From contig OZ252098.1 of assembly GCA_965248355.1 (NCBI GenBank), positions 1,696,001-1,760,000 of the forward strand: 64,000 nt of DNA. The letters run 5' to 3'. The DNA is from Candidatus Latescibacterota bacterium (GTDB lineage: Bacteria > Latescibacterota > UBA2968 > UBA8231). The notes under the pieces are model-generated. The model did no database searches, was not told the DNA's origin, and was given only the letters and a program-made list of their open reading frames with translations. Positions 60,361 to 64,000 of this stretch are shown here, piece by piece (the stretch's first letter is position 1; each line of letters opens with the position of its first letter). A program made the position numbers and the translations under genes.

Positions 60361-62414
60361 CTCTTCGCGGATTCCCCCGGCGAGAGAGCCACCAGCTGAG
60401 TACCTCGCAGCTTGCGCAGCAGCACCGCCTGGCGCATGGGAGCCTCGGGACGTCCCAGGGCGAACAGATCCGCCTGGTTGCCGAGGCGGCACAGGATGGA
60501 ATCCTCGGTACTCCGGGACCTCGGCGCCGGCTCCTGGTCGATCACGATCGCTCCCGAGCCTTCAAAGCGGAGGGTGAGATCCCGGCGACGGGCCTGGGTC
60601 CGGGCCCGGGAGACGTCCAGTCCCCGCAGGTCGGGCACGACCTCACCACCGGCTGCGGGCGGCGCGGCGGCCAGGGAACCCGCCTCTGGGCGGCCGGGCG
60701 CCTGGGATCCGTCGAGCACCAGGATTCGTTCCATCGTGCGGCGGAAGGCGGGCGCCGCCACGACCCCCCCCCACTTCCCGATCCGCGGATTCTCGACGGA
60801 GATCAGGCAGAGGTAGCGCGGCTTCCCCATGGCTGGAAGAAATCCGATGAAAGAGGCGATGTACTCGCCCCGGGCGTAGCCACCTCCGCCGGGCAGGGCC
60901 CGCTGCGCGGTGCCCGTCTTGCCCGCCACATCGACGCCTTCGATCGCCGCCTTTCTGCCGGTTCCCTCGTTGACCACCCGTCGCAGCATCCCCTGGAGGA
61001 CCGAGGCCGTCTTCGAAGAGAGAACGCGGCGCACGGACCGGGGTTCCTCCCGGCGCAGGAGTTGCCCGTCGGGGTCCCGGACCTCCTGGATCACCCTCGG
61101 CGCCATCAGCGTCCCCCCGTTGGCGATGGCGCCGAAGGCCTGCACCATCTGCACGGCCGTGACGCTGATCTCCTGGCCGATGGAGATCGTCTCCAGGGAC
61201 CGATCGGACCAGTCGCGGGCGTGGTGCAGGAGGCCGGCGCTCTCCGCCGGAAGGCCGATGCCTGTCCGGGTACCGAAGCCGAAGGTACGCAGGGACTGAT
61301 AGTAGTCCGCCCGTTGGAGGGACTGAGCCAGCTTGATGACCCCGATGTTGCTCGATTGCGCCACCACCTCGGCAGGGGTGAGCCAGCCGTAGGGCTTGAC
61401 GTCCCGGATGACGTCCCCCATGGACAGCACGTAAGCGCCCTGCTCGCAGTACACCTTCCTCTGGAGGACGGTCGCATCCGCATCGAGAACGGCGGCCATG
61501 GTGATGGGCTTGAAGATCGAGCCGGGCTCGAAGGGGTCGGTGACCAGCCGGTTTCGACGGCTACCAGCCGGAGCGGCGCCCGGATCGTTGGGGTCGAAGA
61601 GGGGGATGCTCGCCATGGCCAGGATCTCCCCCGACAGCGGGTCGGAGATGATGCCGAGGGCTCCCTCGGCTGCCGTCTCGGCCACGGTGCGGACCAGCTC
61701 TTCCTCGAGGATTGCCTGGACCGCCACGTCGAGGGTCAATTGGACGCTGGCGCCGTTGCGGGGCGCCGCGGTTGGCCGCGAACGCTCCGGCAGGATGTTC
61801 CCCAGGCCGTCGACGTAGGACTCGGCGGACCCGGCTCGTTCGGCCAGGATCTCGTCGAAGGCCTGCTCCGTCCCCTCCTTCCCCCGGTTGTCGATGTCCG
61901 TGAACCCGAGAAGCTGTCCAGCCACTCGGCCGTAGGGATAGTGCCGACGGACCTCCAGTTGCTCGTACACGCCTTCGAAGGTCTTCTGGCGGACCTGGTC
62001 GAGCCGCTCGCCGTCGACCTGCCGCAGGAGATACACGAAGGGGTGCGGACCGCTCATCAGCTCGGCCACCGCGTCGGCGGACCGCCGGCCGAATCGTTTG
62101 AAGTGGCCCGCCACCCCCCGGGGGTCACGGACCTGGGAGGGTCTGCAATAGAAGGAGACGGCCGTGACGTCGAAGGCCAGTTCGCGACCCTGGCGATCGA
62201 GAATGGCACCACGGCGGGCGCTCAGCGGGATCTGGCGCTGATGCTGGTTGCGTGCCCGCATCTGGTAAGTGTCGTGGTCGATGGCCTGCAACTGCACCAG
62301 CCTCAGGCCGACCAGCGACCAGATGAGAGCGCCTCCGAGCAGGACCCACCGCAGGCGGTGCTGGCCGCGCTCCAGGGACAGGCGGTCCCCCTCGTGGAGA
62401 TTTCGGTCGGTCAC
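60357..62414 (-). CDS. ftsI: Class B penicillin-binding protein FtsI with PASTA domain
   Basis: SIFK, SSN and KTG transpeptidase motifs; VPDLRGL PASTA segment. Confidence 0.9.
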   Translation of the reverse strand: MTDRNLHEGDRLSLERGQHRLRWVLLGGALIWSLVGLRLVQLQAIDHDTYQMRARNQHQRQIPLSARRGAILDRQGRELAFDVTAVSFYCRPSQVRDPRGVAGHFKRFGRRSADAVAELMSGPHPFVYLLRQVDGERLDQVRQKTFEGVYEQLEVRRHYPYGRVAGQLLGFTDIDNRGKEGTEQAFDEILAERAGSAESYVDGLGNILPERSRPTAAPRNGASVQLTLDVAVQAILEEELVRTVAETAAEGALGIISDPLSGEILAMASIPLFDPNDPGAAPAGSRRNRLVTDPFEPGSIFKPITMAAVLDADATVLQRKVYCEQGAYVLSMGDVIRDVKPYGWLTPAEVVAQSSNIGVIKLAQSLQRADYYQSLRTFGFGTRTGIGLPAESAGLLHHARDWSDRSLETISIGQEISVTAVQMVQAFGAIANGGTLMAPRVIQEVRDPDGQLLRREEPRSVRRVLSSKTASVLQGMLRRVVNEGTGRKAAIEGVDVAGKTGTAQRALPGGGGYARGEYIASFIGFLPAMGKPRYLCLISVENPRIGKWGGVVAAPAFRRTMERILVLDGSQAPGRPEAGSLAAAPPAAGGEVVPDLRGLDVSRARTQARRRDLTLRFEGSGAIVIDQEPAPRSRSTEDSILCRLGNQADLFALGRPEAPMRQAVLLRKLRGTQLVALSPGESAKR

Positions 62415-62701
62415 CGGGTTGCCCTGACGAAGAGATCGACCGTGGCCGCCGCGTCCGGATAGGTCAGACCCAACTCGCGCTCGGCCCGCTGCCGCAGAAG
62501 GCTCGGCCGGCTCGCCAGATCCAGGGAAGCCTGGAGCCGCGAACTCTCCACCATCAGAGCCTGGCCCCTGGCTCTGGCCGTCTCGATGAAACGCGCCGAT
62601 TCCGCCATCTGCACCTTGATCCATACGTATCCCGTCATCGCCGCCGCCAGCGCGAGCACGGTCAGCACGCGGGCCCAGTCCCCTCGGAACCAGGCCGTCA
62701 C
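62411..62701 (-). CDS. ftsL: Cell division protein FtsL
   Basis: Small TM plus coiled coil ending A..ELGL..P, located between rsmH and ftsI. Confidence 0.75.
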   Translation of the reverse strand: MTAWFRGDWARVLTVLALAAAMTGYVWIKVQMAESARFIETARARGQALMVESSRLQASLDLASRPSLLRQRAERELGLTYPDAAATVDLFVRATR

Positions 62702-63669
62702 GGGCCGCCTCCGCCGGCGGTGCCGCCGGCGACGGAGGGAGCGATCTTCTCGAACAGGCGCAGGGTGGCGCTTCGGGACCGGGGGTTGGCGGACAGCTCG
62801 GCCGCACCCGGCCGCCGCCCGGAGCCGATGCGCCGGAACGTCGGCAGCCGGCCGCAGGCGCAGGCGGGCAGACCCGGCGGACAAACGCAGCCCTTCACCA
62901 ATTCGGCCATCCTGTGCTTGACGATCCGGTCCTCCAGCGAGTGATAGGCGATCACGGTCAGTCGGCCAGTCGGCACGAGCAGGCCGGTGGCTGCTTCGAC
63001 TCCCCTCTCGAGCTCGGCCAACTCGTCGTTGACGGCGATCCGCAGGGCCTGGAAGACACGGGCAAGGGTCTTGGTCGGCCGCTCGGGGCGGGTCCCCTCG
63101 ATCGCTTTGGTCAGCTCAGCCGTGGTCTCCATTCGGCCTTCGTCCCGGGAACGGCAGATGGCGCGCGCGATGCGCCTCGCCTGCCGTTCCTCTCCGTAGC
63201 GGCGGATCAGCTCCACCAGGTCGGCCTCCCGGATCTTCGCCAGCAGTTGGGCCGCGGCCATCCCGCCGCCCCGGTCCATGCGCATATCCAGGGGACCCTC
63301 CCGGTGATAGCTGAATCCGCGCTCGGGTTCGTCGATCTGGTGGGAGCTGACCCCCAGATCGAAGAGCACCCCGTTCACACCGGATCGCTGCAACCGATCC
63401 AGATACTGGGCCGCCGACCGGGCGAGGGAGGAAAACGCGCACTGGAGAAAGGTCACCCGCCCGAGGTACGGATCGAGTCGGCGGCCCGCCTCGTTCACAG
63501 CCGCCGTGTCCCGATCGCATGCCAGCAGGTGCCCCCTCTCTCCGAGAACCCGAAGTAGGGCCTCCGCGTGTCCTCCTCCCCCGGTCGTAGCGTCCACATA
63601 GACCCCCGAGGGGTCCGTTACCAGGCCGGCGACGACCTCCTCGACCATGACCGGTACGTGGTAGGTCAT
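62698..63669 (-). CDS. rsmH: 16S rRNA m4C1402 methyltransferase
   Basis: HVPV, DLGVSS, FQALRIAVN and HSLEDR motifs. Confidence 0.96.
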   Translation of the reverse strand: MTYHVPVMVEEVVAGLVTDPSGVYVDATTGGGGHAEALLRVLGERGHLLACDRDTAAVNEAGRRLDPYLGRVTFLQCAFSSLARSAAQYLDRLQRSGVNGVLFDLGVSSHQIDEPERGFSYHREGPLDMRMDRGGGMAAAQLLAKIREADLVELIRRYGEERQARRIARAICRSRDEGRMETTAELTKAIEGTRPERPTKTLARVFQALRIAVNDELAELERGVEAATGLLVPTGRLTVIAYHSLEDRIVKHRMAELVKGCVCPPGLPACACGRLPTFRRIGSGRRPGAAELSANPRSRSATLRLFEKIAPSVAGGTAGGGGP

Positions 63670-63702
63670 CTCCGGTCCACCTCCGGTTGCCGGCGGATTC
63701 GT

Positions 63703-64000
63703 TCACAGATCCAGCGTCTCCGCCACTTCCTCCAAGGTGGGCTCGGCTTGGGACAGGTACCCCTGCCAGGCCTCCGGCTCCCAGAATTCGAGATGGTCCA
63801 AAGCTCCGATGACGACCAGACGATCACCGATTCCAGCCCGGGCCAGCAGCTTCTTCGGAAGCGACGCCCGGCCCTGGCGGTCCAGTCTCACCTCAGTCGC
63901 CTGGGACAGGAGCGCCCGCGTATAGAGCCTGACCCGCTGCTCCTTCCAGGGCAGCTGCAGCATCTGTTGCGCGATCTGGGACCACAGGTTGCGCGGATGT
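63703..64000 (-). CDS. mraZ: MraZ (partial; 5' end outside window)
   Basis: LDRQGR...IGALDHLEFW motif directly upstream of rsmH. Confidence 0.9.
   Translation of the reverse strand, partial: HPRNLWSQIAQQMLQLPWKEQRVRLYTRALLSQATEVRLDRQGRASLPKKLLARAGIGDRLVVIGALDHLEFWEPEAWQGYLSQAEPTLEEVAETLDL

Overview
High-GC bacterial chromosome window, mostly housekeeping and catabolic genes. The gene content is typical of FCB-group organisms such as Ca. Latescibacterota, but this is inference only. The left end (1-6.6 kb) is an accessory region. It holds a secreted protein with at least 11 tandem fibronectin type III (FN3) repeats, interrupted by an intact IS256 (9-bp target duplication) and separated from its promoter by an IS630, followed by IS3 and sigma54-activator remnants. 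Next come a sugar/sugar-acid catabolic cluster with tRNA-Lys, argG with tandem ARG boxes, mdh, tRNA-Tyr and a lepA-lepB*-hemW-thrB-SLBB-wzz run. A 930-aa orphan with hemE, a CBS-korA-korB-CBS operon, a degenerate UvrA paralogue, glnB-glnE, kptA and purE follow. The window ends in a dcw cluster lacking mraY, murD, murG, murB, ddl and ftsA. The most notable observations are intact-frame proteins that have lost catalytic residues (LepB without its Ser/Lys dyad, UvrA with degenerate ATPase motifs), the reduced dcw cluster, the doubly IS-hit FN3 protein and a candidate structured RNA at 44.3-44.4 kb. No CRISPR array, rRNA or prophage was seen. All calls come from reading motifs by eye; no database searches were run.
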